In this document: one piece after another, positions 11,721-24,862 of the stretch
Layout of the letters: each line of letters starts with the position of its first letter
How positions within the stretch are numbered: position 1 is the first letter of the stretch
Origin: Octopus bimaculoides
Lineage: Eukaryota
Reading direction: 5' to 3'
NCBI RefSeq assembly: GCF_001194135.2
Contig: NC_068983.1
Coordinates: 108,477,338-108,514,758, forward strand
DNA length: 37,421 nucleotides
Position numbers and translations under genes: made by a program
The notes under the pieces: model-generated
What the model was told of the DNA's origin: nothing
The model's input: only the letters and a program-made list of their open reading frames with translations
The model's database searches: none

Positions 11721-13085
11721 GTGTAGCTACTACATGTTACATTAGTTAGCAGGGATGCTGTCTTGCAGTTTGGTAAAAACAAGTCACTTGAATTCTCAAG
11801 AATCTTTCTTAGGATTCTTGCAAAATACAGGAATGCACTGTTATGCAGGTTGACAGTGCATGCCTCATTTCTAATATTCTTCAGCCACTTAGCAGTTTGG
11901 GTACTGTCATTTTCCTCTCTGTTCTTGAAGTTTTCCACTTTCCTGTAACATTTCTGTTATTTCTATCTGCCAGTAGTATTCTTTCTTCACTACATACAAT
12001 ATAGTTTTCAACCCAATATTGCAGTACTAATGGTGTCTTTGGGGTTTAACAATCCTCTTCCTCCTTCCTTTCTTGGTAAGTAAAGCTGTTGATATTACTT
12101 TTAAGGTGGTGTGCATTGTGAGCAGCTTCCTAGTTCTATCATAATTCCAGCAACAATGTCCATTCTAGAAAGAGAGCAGAGTATCTTAATACTAGCATAG
12201 TTCATGTGTTCATTGCTTTTATAATATTCCTTCTAATCTTTTAAAAAATAACTTCCTAATTTTTCTCCTGTATACTTTGGAGATTTTTCACTCTCATTTT
12301 CCTTTCCCTTATCCTATCATCCTGCAGCACACCTAGTCACTCGTATCTCTCATTATTTTTCAGAAATCTAATGATTCTCCCATAGTTTTCATTATGTCCT
12401 TACTTACCTTAAACTGTATTCCAATACAGTATCCAGGTCTTTTTCGTTTTTGACATGCAATTCAAGGCTACCCCATATATAACAAGTGCTTTATTTTCAC
12501 CCTGGTTTGTCAAACACATCTGCAGGCCTGGATTTTGTCAGTATGCTTATCAGAGGGATTAATGCAATGATGAAACGTAATGGAGAGAGCAAGTTTCCTT
12601 TGAATATCACTGGGCATATTTTCTCATTTTCTAACAAATCATTTGTGCATGTTAATTCTACCTCCCATGATCTCATTACTTTTTCTGAAAAACTGTTTAT
12701 CCTCTCATTGACCTCTCCCCACCAGCTGTTGTGAGCCACTTCAAAAGCCAACAATGCAGAACATTATCTTAAGCTTTCTTGTAGTCTTTCCAGTTAATAG
12801 CTAAGCTCTTTTTATTTGTACCTCATGCCATAAATATACAACAGATCAACAATTCCCCTTGACTTCTTTGTGCATCCCTTTACTGCTCTCATAATAGTTT
12901 CTTCTTCAGAAAGCTAAATACTTCATCAGCTACGAGGCCAGTTAATTTCAAGAGTAATGGTAAGCATGTAATAGGCCTATAAGTATTGACTTTACCTCCC
13001 TTTTCTGTATCCTTCTGTATTTGCAGTCTTTATTTTATGTCATCCACATGGGTGTTCCATTTTCTATATAATCAGTAAGAAATGG
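11712..13085 (-). mobile_element. Decayed, internally deleted R4/Dong-like LINE (RT plus C-terminus)
   Basis: YRPITCLP, IFKGNLLSPL (canonical IFQGDSLSPL), KIKHLLYMG (canonical NHLLYMDD), LYLPRKEGGRGLL, FARILRKILEN; many stops and frameshifts. Confidence 0.9.
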
Positions 13086-13101
13086 CTGTGCATGCATGAG
13101 A

Positions 13102-13104
<3 letters not shown>

Positions 13105-13139
<35 letters not shown>

Positions 13140-13170
13140 AATAATAATAATAATAATAATGATGATGATA
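13105..13170. repeat. (ATT)n immediately followed by (AAT)n(GAT)n
   Basis: 13113-13160 is a perfect 48-bp palindrome. Confidence 0.95.
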
Positions 13171-13465
13171 ATAAGAATATTTTGAGTATCATAGTTTGTA
13201 CACTATATTTTACACTTTAGATAAAAGAAGACAATTGCAGAGGGAATAATGTTACCTAATCAATATATTGATTTAATAACTCCTTGATAGAAATATTTTT
13301 GTGGGTAATGGAGAAAAATGTTATTTCCACTCTTAAATTTCTGACTTTGAAATATTTTCAAAGATGCAGTACATATAAAAAAAAACAGGAATGATATACT
13401 AGTAAATATGAAATAGATATGAACAAAATATTAAATTTATTCTAGCTGAACAGTTAAATACTTAC

Positions 13466-13504
13466 ACATGAATAGTTTCATATCTAATTCTTTTCAGAAA
13501 ATGA
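13466..13504 (-). CDS. Possible 39-nt exon (HFLKRIRYETIH)
   Basis: Acceptor ttgtattccttag, donor gtaagtat, open in phase 2 to 2, phase-compatible with 7319-7343. Confidence 0.25.
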
Positions 13505-13926
13505 CTAAGGAATACAATAGTTTGACTTTTAAAATATAATTTCGTTGGCTAGCATAGCACTAAAATAATTTTGATAATTTTTTTTTTTTTTCAAGGATTT
13601 AATATGTAATATAAATAATCTGTGTTTGAACATCTGATAAGTCTAGCGTGACCATGGATTTACATCAAGAAATACTTTCCTAAGGTGCAGGCTGGGACAA
13701 GGATTTTTATGGAAAACAAATATTTACCCACATATGCAAGTCTAACCTTTTTTTTCCACCAGTACAAGGGATAGGACATTTGGCACAGGTGTCATTGTAG
13801 GCATCACTGTCAGAACACATTGAGTTGCATCCTAACATTCTAATGGTTCTGCCAATCCACTGCCTTGGTTTAGGATTTTGTTAATCAATTTCCAAAAGAG
13901 CGAAGGGCAAAGCTAATTTATGATAT

Positions 13927-14288
13927 TCTTCTTTTACTTGTTTCAGTCATTTTGACTGCATCCATGCTGGAGCACCACCTTTTAGTCGAAGAAATTGACC
14001 CCAGGACTTATTCTTTATAAGCCTGCACTTATTCCAATGGACTCTTTTGCAGAACTGCTAAGTTACGGGGATGTAAATGCACCAACATCAATTGTCAAGT
14101 GATGGTGGTGGGGACAAACACACGCCCACGCACACATGACAGGTTTCTTTCAGTTTCTGTCTCCAAAATTCACTCACGAGGCTTTGGTCAGCCCAAGGCT
14201 ATAGTAGAAGATACTTGGCCAAGGTATCACACAGTGAGACTGAAACTGGAACCATGTGGTTGAGAAGCAAGCTTCTTACCACACAGCC
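13927..14288 (-). mobile_element. Family A SINE, near full length, internal microsatellite almost absent
   Basis: Reverse complement colinear with 3036-3440. Confidence 0.88.
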
Positions 14289-16074
14289 AAAGATACATTT
14301 TAGCTTATTTTACATGAGAGCATGAAAAATCACTAGCAATAAGTTCATCTGATCCAAGAAAACATTTTGGAAGAATAGAACTATAACTTTGTGTATAGCC
14401 ATGATGAATAAATAGGTAGCAAAAAGCTATTTCGGGTGCAAAATCAGCAAGAGGTTTACTTTCTCATGATGAACTGCTAAAGAACCAAAATATGAATATC
14501 TTGCACACTTTTTATATTTTATTTTGTCTATTGAATGAAAATTGTGTGCAAGACAAACTTTTGATGTCGTAAACTAATGCTGTGAGTCACTAAGTTGTAG
14601 GTTCTTAGAGAAAATCTACAGGATAGCATGTTTTATATACACATAAATATCTCTTATATTGTCCTTTCAAGAGGACCTGCTTTTAACTAGTAATGCTAAT
14701 CAAAATAGAACAAAATTTAGAAAACATTGATGGACCAAAGAATAACACTTACAAGTGCTACCCCTACTATACCCAGCATCTATCATCTTAAGGCAAACAT
14801 ATAAAATATGGAGAATTAAAAAAATGATGTCAGACTACATCTTAACTGAAATAAATTAGCAAATAAAAACAACTTTATAATATAGAAACAGAAAACTCCT
14901 AAAAGAATATGCATTAGAAATATAACAAAAGGACCATCCATACACAAAAATATTAGCTCTCATAATCCAATGAAAGAAGTATAACAGAATTAAACATTCA
15001 CTGAACCAACCATACACAGAACAGATGACCCTAACATCACAATGAAAATATGACAACAGAATCAACCATACATATAATGGATCATTCCTCTCAACATAGT
15101 GAAAATAACACATCAGATTTGACAACATACAAAAGAACAAGCCATCATAGCAAAACAAAAGCAGACACAAAAATAAATATAAAAGACCAAAAATAAAATA
15201 ATGAACACACATGAACACATGTGTATTCAACCATTTGAATACCTAACCTCAGGGAAACATAGTTACAACCCACACATTTTGCAACAAACAGAATTATCCC
15301 ACTTATAAGAATAGAATAAACAGAGAAAACCATGAAGAACATCTAACAGAAATAGTAAACAAAAAAATAAAACTGATCATGACAAAAGCAGTTCTCATAA
15401 ATCAATGGAAACACCTTCCAAAGTTAATAGTAAACAAATAATGCCAGCTAATAATAGCTAAATATAACCAGATCTCTAAGAAATCCCTTCCATAGAAACA
15501 AATCTGAACATCAATGGGTTAAATAACCTAATAGACACAGAACCATTGCTCTATCATGGGAAACTCTATTCAATACTAAAAGGGAAAATTACTTCTCAAC
15601 TAACCCTGCTGAAATATAGCAGATAGTAGGAGAAAGTACAAATAACAATGTAAAGAAAGGGTCGACATATCTATCCTTACTGAGAAAACTAGAATGGTGG
15701 GAATGAGGATAACATAATAAAATAGTAAGTGTAAAAATTGAAAAAAAAAATCATAATTTTGAGTAAAAGGAAGGTACCTTGGAAATGAAAGAAAAAGTTT
15801 TTAAAATATGATTCTAGTGAACACATGCCTGATAAAACTAACTGAAAAAAACTTGTTTTTTTTTTTCCAACAGAATCACCTATTTGAAAACTCAGAAAAC
15901 ACTTCGGGTACATCAATGAAAAAATTTATTACATTAGGAAATGTATCAATAAAAATATATTAAAGTATAATCAAGAGAAAATACTAAGGCTAAATATAGA
16001 ACACAATAAAGATGAACAAGGAGTTAAAGAAGTTACAACTTTTTAGACAAGAGTTTATGTGCTTTCTTTGACTC

Positions 16075-16130
16075 AATACTTGGCTGGTACTTATTCTATC
16101 AACATTGAAAGGATGAAAGGCAAAACGAAA
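16075..16130 (-). mobile_element. Family B SINE core fragment
   Basis: ggtacttattctatcaacattgaaaggatgaaaggcaaa matches the 28680-28720 core. Confidence 0.65.
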
Positions 16131-16389
16131 TCTGGTTCCATTGGCCAAATAGTTTTCATCTACTCATAACAACTCATTGAATAGTCCTTATTCATCTTAA
16201 GTACACCATACAAAACAAAGTTTACAAATGGGGATGCATAAAATACTATATGTATTATAGAAACATAGTATAACCATAAAAGTCACATGTATGTGAGTGC
16301 ATGAGTATGCGTGTTTGTGTGTATAGCTGGTAAGTGTCAGTCTTACAGAAAATGAATGCACCTATGAAAGAAGATTAAGTACACCTTTT

Positions 16390-17690
16390 GAAGTTCAATG
16401 CTTGGCCTGCAGCTGTAGATTTGGTTGTGGATGCTGCATGTGGATGTAACTGCTTTCCAGGTGATTAATGTTGGTTACTTTCACGTCATACTTCCACATA
16501 TTTCTGTAGTTTAGATGTGAGGAACCTTTATGTATTGGGTCGGGTACCAGTCTACCATATAACAGTTCTTTTGGAATATGACCACCATATATGCATTAAA
16601 CATTCCTTAACCATCAAAGTCATGATTGGTGTGGGAAAATAAACTGCCCTGCTAAGTAAATTTGTTTCATTTCTTCTCCAGCCATTTGATCCTCAGTGTT
16701 CTGTTGTTACATCAAATGAAACAAATGAAGCATGTGTTCTTGTGAAAAGTACTTTGTCAATGTTTCACTGCTATACAGAAGTGGACAGAGAACACAGACC
16801 TCAGACACTAGAGCCTTGATAGATAATCCAAGCTTTTATTCCCTCATACTTTCATAGTAAGTCTTGAGAGAGTAGTAGCTGCTTTGTCAATACATTTATT
16901 GATTTTTACATCTTAGGCATCCACTTCATTACCTTTGATCTTAATGCAAGGAAGTGGTGGTGTGTCTTATTTCATGATTTGGGCCTTTTTGCAACTGACT
17001 ATGTAATAAAATAGGCCTCAAACTTCTGAGAGTTTGTGTGTTAGATTTTGTAACCATTCTTCAGAGTTTAAAGTGTTAGCTGCATCATTAGGAAGTAAAA
17101 TGCATTTGATGATTACTTATCTTATGTTTGACCTCTTGTGTAACAATAAGGAAAAGCCAGGCATCAAAGCTTAAGTGAATATGTGTAGGCACTACCATTT
17201 GAGGACATGAATATGTGTTTCAGGAGCAGTGTGAAAGCTAACAAAACATATCATGCAAAAACACATCCTCACTTGCTTCTTTCCTTCACTCTAAATTATT
17301 TGAACATAAATCTTTTACAGCACTCATCACAGCATTGCGAAAAGATCTTATAATGTTTAGCAGCTTTGGTAGATGATCAATGAGTGGTAACATTTTCACT
17401 ATGCCTCCTCTACTGACGAGGTTAAAAGTTTTGTTGGGACAATGAAGGCCAAATATAATGAAGGCTAAAGTTGACACTTTTTTTAAGCTAACACAGTGGA
17501 AAAATATACCATATCTAAGCTGGGATTCTTGGTGCAGGAACAACATAGCGATTCTGAATATACTTGGTGTATGAGTTTCTGAAACTTTTGCATGAGACTA
17601 CATATTTATAGTAATACTCTTCTGATAAAGGATCGATGGAACAATTGTAAAATTATGTAATAAAATGAATTGCTCACACTGTTTTCCTCG
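16390..17690 (-). mobile_element. Decayed RTE-clade LINE (RT through C-terminal region)
   Basis: TFNLVSRGGIVKMLPLIDHLPKLLNIIRSF (cf. AFDLVSREGLFKIL...PPKLLSIIRSF), ATTLSRLT, PLLYSSET, IPKELLYG; many disablements. Confidence 0.85.
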
Positions 17691-17769
17691 TTAATATTTA
17701 CATAGACTCTATGGATATTTACAGATTATCAGACATATCTTCAGTAAAACTATCCATTTCTGAAATCAT

Positions 17770-19185
17770 TTCTACTGAAATCATTTCTAAATACCTCAAC
17801 CTTATCCTCATAACTCTAGTGAATTCCCTCCCCTCACATATTCATGACACCAGCTGTGCTCTTCATCTCTTCAATACTTTTTCCTTTTCTCCCTCACAAT
17901 GAAGGCCTCTATTTCCTCAATCTTCATCCTGATCCTCAACCTGACACCTCTACCCTCCTCCATTTGGCTGAACTTGTCCTCTCTCTAAATTGTTTCTTGT
18001 TTGCAGGTAAAATTTACCATCAGGTCTGGGAGTGACCATGGAAATGAGAATGGACCCCAATTATGTGAACCTGTTCAACAGATATGTTGAGGCCCAAATG
18101 TTCTCTCAGTTCAGCGCTCTCATGCCTGAGCTAGATGGTCGTTACATCAATGGCTGTATCAGTTCAACCTCACTTTCCTGTAAACATCTCAGCTCACCTC
18201 TCTTTCATCCAGTCCTTCCATCCTGCCCCCATATTCTTCTGTTCTGGCTTCAACAACTCTATCAACATTCTTAACATTTCTGATACTATGTATCACTCCT
18301 CTCTTACCACCTCCATGCACTATAAGACCACAGACTTAGATTCTTGCCTCAACTTCTTCTCCCACCAAACTGTCCATTCCTTACTCTTAGTTCCTCCATC
18401 TTCACCAGCTCTGTAGGGAAGACCATGACTTCAAGACAGTCTGAACTCATGGCTCACCATTTCAGCCAACAGAAGTACCCCAACCATTATCCCAACCACA
18501 TTCACATTCACATGTGCCTGATCTGTTGACTGTGCATTTGCTCTCTCTCTCCCTATATCTATCTCACCTTTACTATATCTATCTCCCTATATCTATCTCT
18601 CTTTCCTGCTCACCCACAGCCCCTCCGTCCTATTCCTCCAATGCACCATTCTTCAGGATTTCTGCCCATTCCAACCTGACACTTACACTTCCCATCTATT
18701 CTTCAACTGACCCCTCCTTCAAATGTACCCATAACATTTGTGACCTTCTGGTCCATAGCTTCTTCCCCATTCCTGGCACCCAACCTGGCTCCTTACTTGC
18801 TCCCATCCTTCCTTGCACTTCCACACTTACCCCCACCTCTCTGGCATCTACCATTGCCCCATCTGCATCACTGATTCATAAACCTGCATCTCCAGCAGTG
18901 TAATCTATCCTCTGCTCTCTATGTAATATTCTATACATTGATCAAACTGGCTGGCAATTAGCTGATCCATTTGCTGAACATCTCTGGGACATCAGACTTG
19001 CCAATGACATCTCAGTCTTGTGTCACTTCAGCTCCTCCAGTCATTTGCAACAACATCAATTTGCATTTGGACTGGCCTTGTACAGAGGCCACCCAGACTC
19101 CCACCTCCATTGAGAACAGGAATTTAATTTCTCTCTGCATTCCTCAGTCCCACATGGTCTCAATTCATTGCTCCCCTTCATCTAA
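17770..19185 (+). mobile_element. Decayed Penelope-like element (RT plus GIY-YIG endonuclease)
   Basis: LPSHIHDTSCALHLF, LLHLAELVLSLNCF, TMEMRMDPNYVNLF (cf. GVAMG.RMGPSYANLF), HYKTTD, then CSLCNILYIDQTGWQLADPFAEHL and HFSSSSH (GIY-YIG); frameshifted. Confidence 0.88.
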
Positions 19186-19189
19186 ACCT

Positions 19190-19803
19190 GCTTCCACATG
19201 CATTTACACAGACCACACAAACCTCACCTTCCACTCCTCCTTTTCTTCTACACTCCTCACATTCTTTACACTATTATACTTAGTACTCACTCCATGCCAC
19301 TACAGCATATACTTGCACCTATACACATGGACACACACACACACACACACTCACACACACTCCTTCCCACTACACACATACCAGCATCAGTACTCTCCCA
19401 CATATTGTAACATGTATATAGTCACATGCTCACACTCCCAGTTCCTACCTCCTGTCACTCCTATTTCACCTCATGCCTCTATCCTGGTAGACTACCATAG
19501 ATTCCCCTACAACACATATATGTCAGATAGCCTCACATACACAAGCACTCTTACACGTACTTACATATGCACAAACACAGAATATACATATACATATCAA
19601 CTCCATACATAAACACTTTATCCCATAGTCCCATTTAAGAACACCATCTAAACACACTCTCACATACATAGATGCACACAAACACAATAAACACACATAA
19701 TAAACAAGCACACAACAGTGTCACACACACACATTTTATGCACGAACACACATATGTTCCAGTGCCTTTTACACACACACATCTGATAGCTTCACACACT
19801 CCT

Positions 19804-19843
<40 letters not shown>

Positions 19844-19845
19844 TA
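19190..19845. repeat. Degenerate CA-rich low-complexity tract
   Basis: Eroded (CA)n blocks; source of HT/CV-rich ORFs. Confidence 0.85.
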
Positions 19846-20135
19846 GCAAGGCTACTGTTATCTCTCTTACCATTCTTCTCTTCAATCCTTTCCTTCCAGT
19901 CAATTCAACATGTGCACCCATTAATCCAGACATGTTTTTCTCTCTCTCTCTCTCTCTCCATTTCATTTTTCCATCTCACCATCTCCTTTCTCACTTCGTT
20001 GCTTTCTGTAAAAAAGCATATGCTTGAAACATCAAAGACTCTTCCATTTTGCCTGAGCGTCAAACTAATACATCTTGCTTGTTGCTCCCTCACCTGTCTC
20101 TGCTTTTTGCTTTTTATACAATTTTGAACCATATA

Positions 20136-20381
20136 AATATTTTTTTTCATGGTGAAGGCTGGTATATGGGGCTACCCTGGTTTTCTTATCCATAAAGGGT
20201 TTAACTTTATGGCTTATCGTCAGATCTCAAGACCTGTTGGCCTATGACCACTTTAAAATATTTTAAAGAGGTCATAGGCCAACAAGCTTTGGGCTCTGAC
20301 AATACATCATAAAGTTAAACCGTTTATGGACGGGAAACTCAGGGTAACCGCATAAACTGGCTTCCAACAGGAAAAAATATA
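20136..20381. repeat. Zero-spacer palindrome, arms about 120 bp (MITE- or hairpin-like)
   Basis: Centre ctttaaaa-ta-ttttaaag (20251-20268); tgttggcctatgacc pairs with ggtcataggccaaca; gtttaactttatg pairs with cataaagttaaac; about 78% arm identity. Confidence 0.9.
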
Positions 20382-20458
20382 GACTGCTCTACTTCTTAGA
20401 GTGTGCTTCTTCTCTGGGTTTATTCTTTTCTATAAACAATATATATATATTCGAATAT

Positions 20459-20655
20459 TGGGCCTCACCAAGGTGATGACTTCTGACCAAGACCTTTGGA
20501 AATATGCTGTGCATGAGAAGACCTGGCAAGCCAAGTGAGACCTAAATCCAAGGCCTCTGCCAGGGGTGTAGCCAGCCCATTTATGCGTACCTTTCCTTCA
20601 TTGGACACTAAACTCCACTTGCGAAGACCTGTTGAGGCAAGTGAAATCGAAATCC
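20459..20655 (+). mobile_element. 3' fragment of an RTE-type LINE
   Basis: gacctttggaaatatgctgtgcatgagaagacc (DLWKYAVHEKT, ORF-end-like) followed by a UTR-like stretch. Confidence 0.55.
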
Positions 20656-21609
20656 AACTGGGAAGTGGTCAGTGCTAGTGTGTGCATGGTGGTGTGATGT
20701 GATATAGTGTTGTGTGATGTGGTGGTGTATGGTGTGGTGGTTATGTATATAAGCTATTAAATGATCAATGTGAACTGATGGCAGGAAATTACTAGGGAAA
20801 AAGAGCTATATTACTTGAAAGAGAAGACTGGAGATCCTCAACACTGTCAGTCAAATTCAGTTATAGGTAAGATATTGCTATAAGATAAATTCATGGATAG
20901 TTTAAATAAATGAGGTTTGGAAAATTTAGAGTCCAGCGAGATAGTTAATGCTAAAGGATAAGATGAGGGAAAAGGGAATGCTGAGATTCTTATGTATTTA
21001 GACATTTAAATTTTAGGGTTCTAGATGCAGAGAAGAAAACTGTAGATATCATATAGTAAACTGTGCATTTGTAAACAGAATTTAGCATTATGTTACAATG
21101 TTATGTTAATGGTTATAATCCAATATTGTGTTGTGATTTATGTATATAGGTTAAATATGTACATAAAAAACTAGAAGTTGTTATAAGAAATATAGACAAT
21201 ATTTGCATAGTTTTATTAGCAGATAAATATGTAAAATAATATGAAAAAAATGCAATTTTTACAAAATTCCACATATAGAATTAATGAGGAGAAATAAGTA
21301 TGTATATATGTACAAGTAATGTATGAACAATATGAATATAGAAAGTAAAAAAATAATGCAAAGGGCTTATCATGGAATATGATAGCCACTCAACTAGAAA
21401 GGATGTGGGTAAGAAAAACCATCTGCAGGAAGTTCACAGACATAGGATAAGATAAAATGAAATAAAGTAACATATATGCAAACTTATTCAGTAAAAAGAA
21501 AAAAGAAAAGAAAAAGGAAAAAGAAAAGCAATGTCTTGGTTTTGATTGTGCTGATTCAATACTATGGATTAGTTGCTAGAAAAATGAAATTAATAAATAA
21601 CTAATAATA

Positions 21610-21806
21610 TAGCAAGTACACACATACATATGTGCACACACACAAATAAAAAGAACTATTATATACCAGTAGATGGACACATATATATATACATAAATAC
21701 ACTCACATTTACATATGTACATACATATATGTCTGTGTGTATGAGTATGTACATAATATATACATACATACATATATATATATATATAGATGTACTTACA
21801 TCTGTA

Positions 21807-21860
<54 letters not shown>

Positions 21861-22045
21861 CATACATTTGTGCATGTCCATATAAATATACACATGAACA
21901 CAGTCATACATACATACATACATACATGCATACATACCCACACACGTATGCTTGCACTCAGACACACACACACATACATATATGCATGCATGCATGCATG
22001 CATGCATGCATACATACATACATACATACATACATACATAGTACC
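21610..22045. repeat. Compound microsatellite (TA, TG, TACA, CATG)
   Basis: Directly visible. Confidence 0.95.
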
Positions 22046-22311
22046 TCAAATACTAGCATACATTTCAGGAAGGGTAGTTTAATTCCACAGGAAATTGAAA
22101 ACTCAGGAAATGTCAATAAATGTCACTGATTGCAGCCAATCCACAAATGGTTATGTCACTAATTGTAACATTGGTTACCATAGGTTGTAAACATCCACAC
22201 AATTTGACAGCATCTATTTATTTCAAGGAGTGCATCAGGCCTACCGTCTTCCCCATTCGATAGTGCCTCTCACACTCACAGAGATGTATATGTTGTGTGT
22301 ATATATATATA

Positions 22312-23186
22312 NNNNNNNNNNNNNNNNNNNNNNNNNNNNNNNNNNNNNNNNNNNNNNNNNNNNNNNNNNNNNNNNNNNNNNNNNNNNNNNNNNNNNNNNN
22401 NNNNNNNNNNNNNNNNNNNNNNNNNNNNNNNNNNNNNNNNNNNNNNNNNNNNNNNNNNNNNNNNNNNNNNNNNNNNNNNNNNNNNNNNNNNNNNNNNNNN
22501 NNNNNNNNNNNNNNNNNNNNNNNNNNNNNNNNNNNNNNNNNNNNNNNNNNNNNNNNNNNNNNNNNNNNNNNNNNNNNNNNNNNNNNNNNNNNNNNNNNNN
22601 NNNNNNNNNNNNNNNNNNNNNNNNNNNNNNNNNNNNNNNNNNNNNNNNNNNNNNNNNNNNNNNNNNNNNNNNNNNNNNNNNNNNNNNNNNNNNNNNNNNN
22701 NNNNNNNNNNNNNNNNNNNNNNNNNNNNNNNNNNNNNNNNNNNNNNNNNNNNNNNNNNNNNNNNNNNNNNNNNNNNNNNNNNNNNNNNNNNNNNNNNNNN
22801 NNNNNNNNNNNNNNNNNNNNNNNNNNNNNNNNNNNNNNNNNNNNNNNNNNNNNNNNNNNNNNNNNNNNNNNNNNNNNNNNNNNNNNNNNNNNNNNNNNNN
22901 NNNNNNNNNNNNNNNNNNNNNNNNNNNNNNNNNNNNNNNNNNNNNNNNNNNNNNNNNNNNNNNNNNNNNNNNNNNNNNNNNNNNNNNNNNNNNNNNNNNN
23001 NNNNNNNNNNNNNNNNNNNNNNNNNNNNNNNNNNNNNNNNNNNNNNNNNNNNNNNNNNNNNNNNNNNNNNNNNNNNNNNNNNNNNNNNNNNNNNNNNNNN
23101 NNNNNNNNNNNNNNNNNNNNNNNNNNNNNNNNNNNNNNNNNNNNNNNNNNNNNNNNNNNNNNNNNNNNNNNNNNNNNNNNNNNNNN
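22312..23186. other. Assembly gap (N run)
   Basis: Run of N; could hide exons. Confidence 0.99.
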
Positions 23187-23344
23187 GGTGAGGGGGGAGT
23201 TTCCATGGGACCACCCTACTCCACCCTCTCCGATTTCTGTGGAAAAAATCACTTGCAGGATATTAGATGAGATTAGTTGATAGCACAAGAGTAAAAAAAA
23301 AAGGGTAAAAACATTATTTCCCACCAAAATCGAGTTGGCTGTTA

Positions 23345-23668
23345 AACTGTCAAAGGCTTCCTCCAAGTCAACAAAAGCCAAGTACAGAGATTTATCTTTG
23401 GTTAGGTATTTCTCCTGCAGTTGCCTTACCAGAAATATAGCATCAGTGGTACTTCTGTTTTGCACAAAACCAAACTGCATCTCATCTAGGCTAACTCCCT
23501 CCCTAATTAGTTGGGCTATGATCCTCTCTGTAACTTGCATCACCTAATTCAATAATTTGATACTCTGTAGTTACTTCTATCTAAAGCATCACCTTTCCCC
23601 TTGTAGCAGTTGACTATGGTGCTGCTACACCAATCATCCGGTATGACTCCTTCATGAACAACCTGATT
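23345..23668 (-). mobile_element. Internal RT fragment of a younger RTE-clade LINE
   Basis: NQVVHEGVIPDDWCSSTIVNCYKGKGDALDRSNYR, then a frameshift, then DEMQFGFVQNRSTTDAIFLVRQLQEKYLTKDKSLYLAFVDLEEAFD. Confidence 0.93.
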
Positions 23669-23909
23669 TATGATGTGGGTGACAAGACCATAACCCACAC
23701 CGCCCGATATTTTAAGCATCCCAGTGATTCCTGATAGGCCAGGTGCTTTCCCTGTCTTTGGTATTGTCGATTTGGATAGTTAGTCCCTGTTTATAGATAG
23801 ATAGATAAGTTGATAGATAGTTAAGTTGATAGATAGATAGCATATATAAATACATATAACATAGATATTGTGTGTATACATATATATATATAAATATATA
23901 TATATGTAT

Positions 23910-24807
23910 AAAACTTACGTGGTGTTCAATCATATAATAATATAAATAATATATATGTATATGCATATATACATACGTATATGTACATACTTACATCTAT
24001 ACACATATATATATATATATATATATATANNNNNNNNNNNNNNNNNNNNNNNNNNNNNNNNNNNNNNNNNNNNNNNNNNNNNNNNNNNNNNNNNNNNNNN
24101 NNNNNNNNNNNNNNNNNNNNNNNNNNNNNNNNNNNNNNNNNNNNNNNNNNNNNNTATATATATGCATATGTGGGCACAGGACGTGATGAAACGTGTACGA
24201 CAAATAAGTATGAAGCACGAGTACATGGAACATGAACTATTCCTTCGAATAATGAAAGACACAAATGGAAAGCAAAACAAACAACATAAAGAATGACCCC
24301 ACATCAGTTGTTGGCTGTTTTTCTAGTCTCATATTTCAAGCATTTAACAACAATATATGCTTTCGATAAAACAGTTGCTCCTGCAAAGCAAATTAAATAA
24401 AATTTTGGATTTTTTGGAGGGTCAAAATTGGTAACATAAACAGGACAGTGTAAACAAACAGGAAGGGTTGCTAAGCCTAAACGAGGTTATGGTGGCAAAT
24501 GCATAAATCAAAATTGGACAAGAGACAAACAAGAACACGTCTTCTTTGTTCCAGCTACAAGTGAGACAAAGAAAGAATGATGGCTGATGGTTACGTGATA
24601 GTCATGTGAGCAAAGGAGGAGGAGTGAGACGGAGAGAGTGACAAAGTAATAGGATAGACTAGTGGGAGAAGAGGAGGTAAAAGAATAAGGGAGAGAAAAA
24701 GAGAGTATAATGAAAGAGTAAAAAGATTGTATAGAGTGCGCATCAGAATTATTAAGATAAAACTTACTTGGAAGAGGATGCGTGGTGTTCAATCACAATA
24801 TAATAAA

Positions 24808-24862
<55 letters not shown>

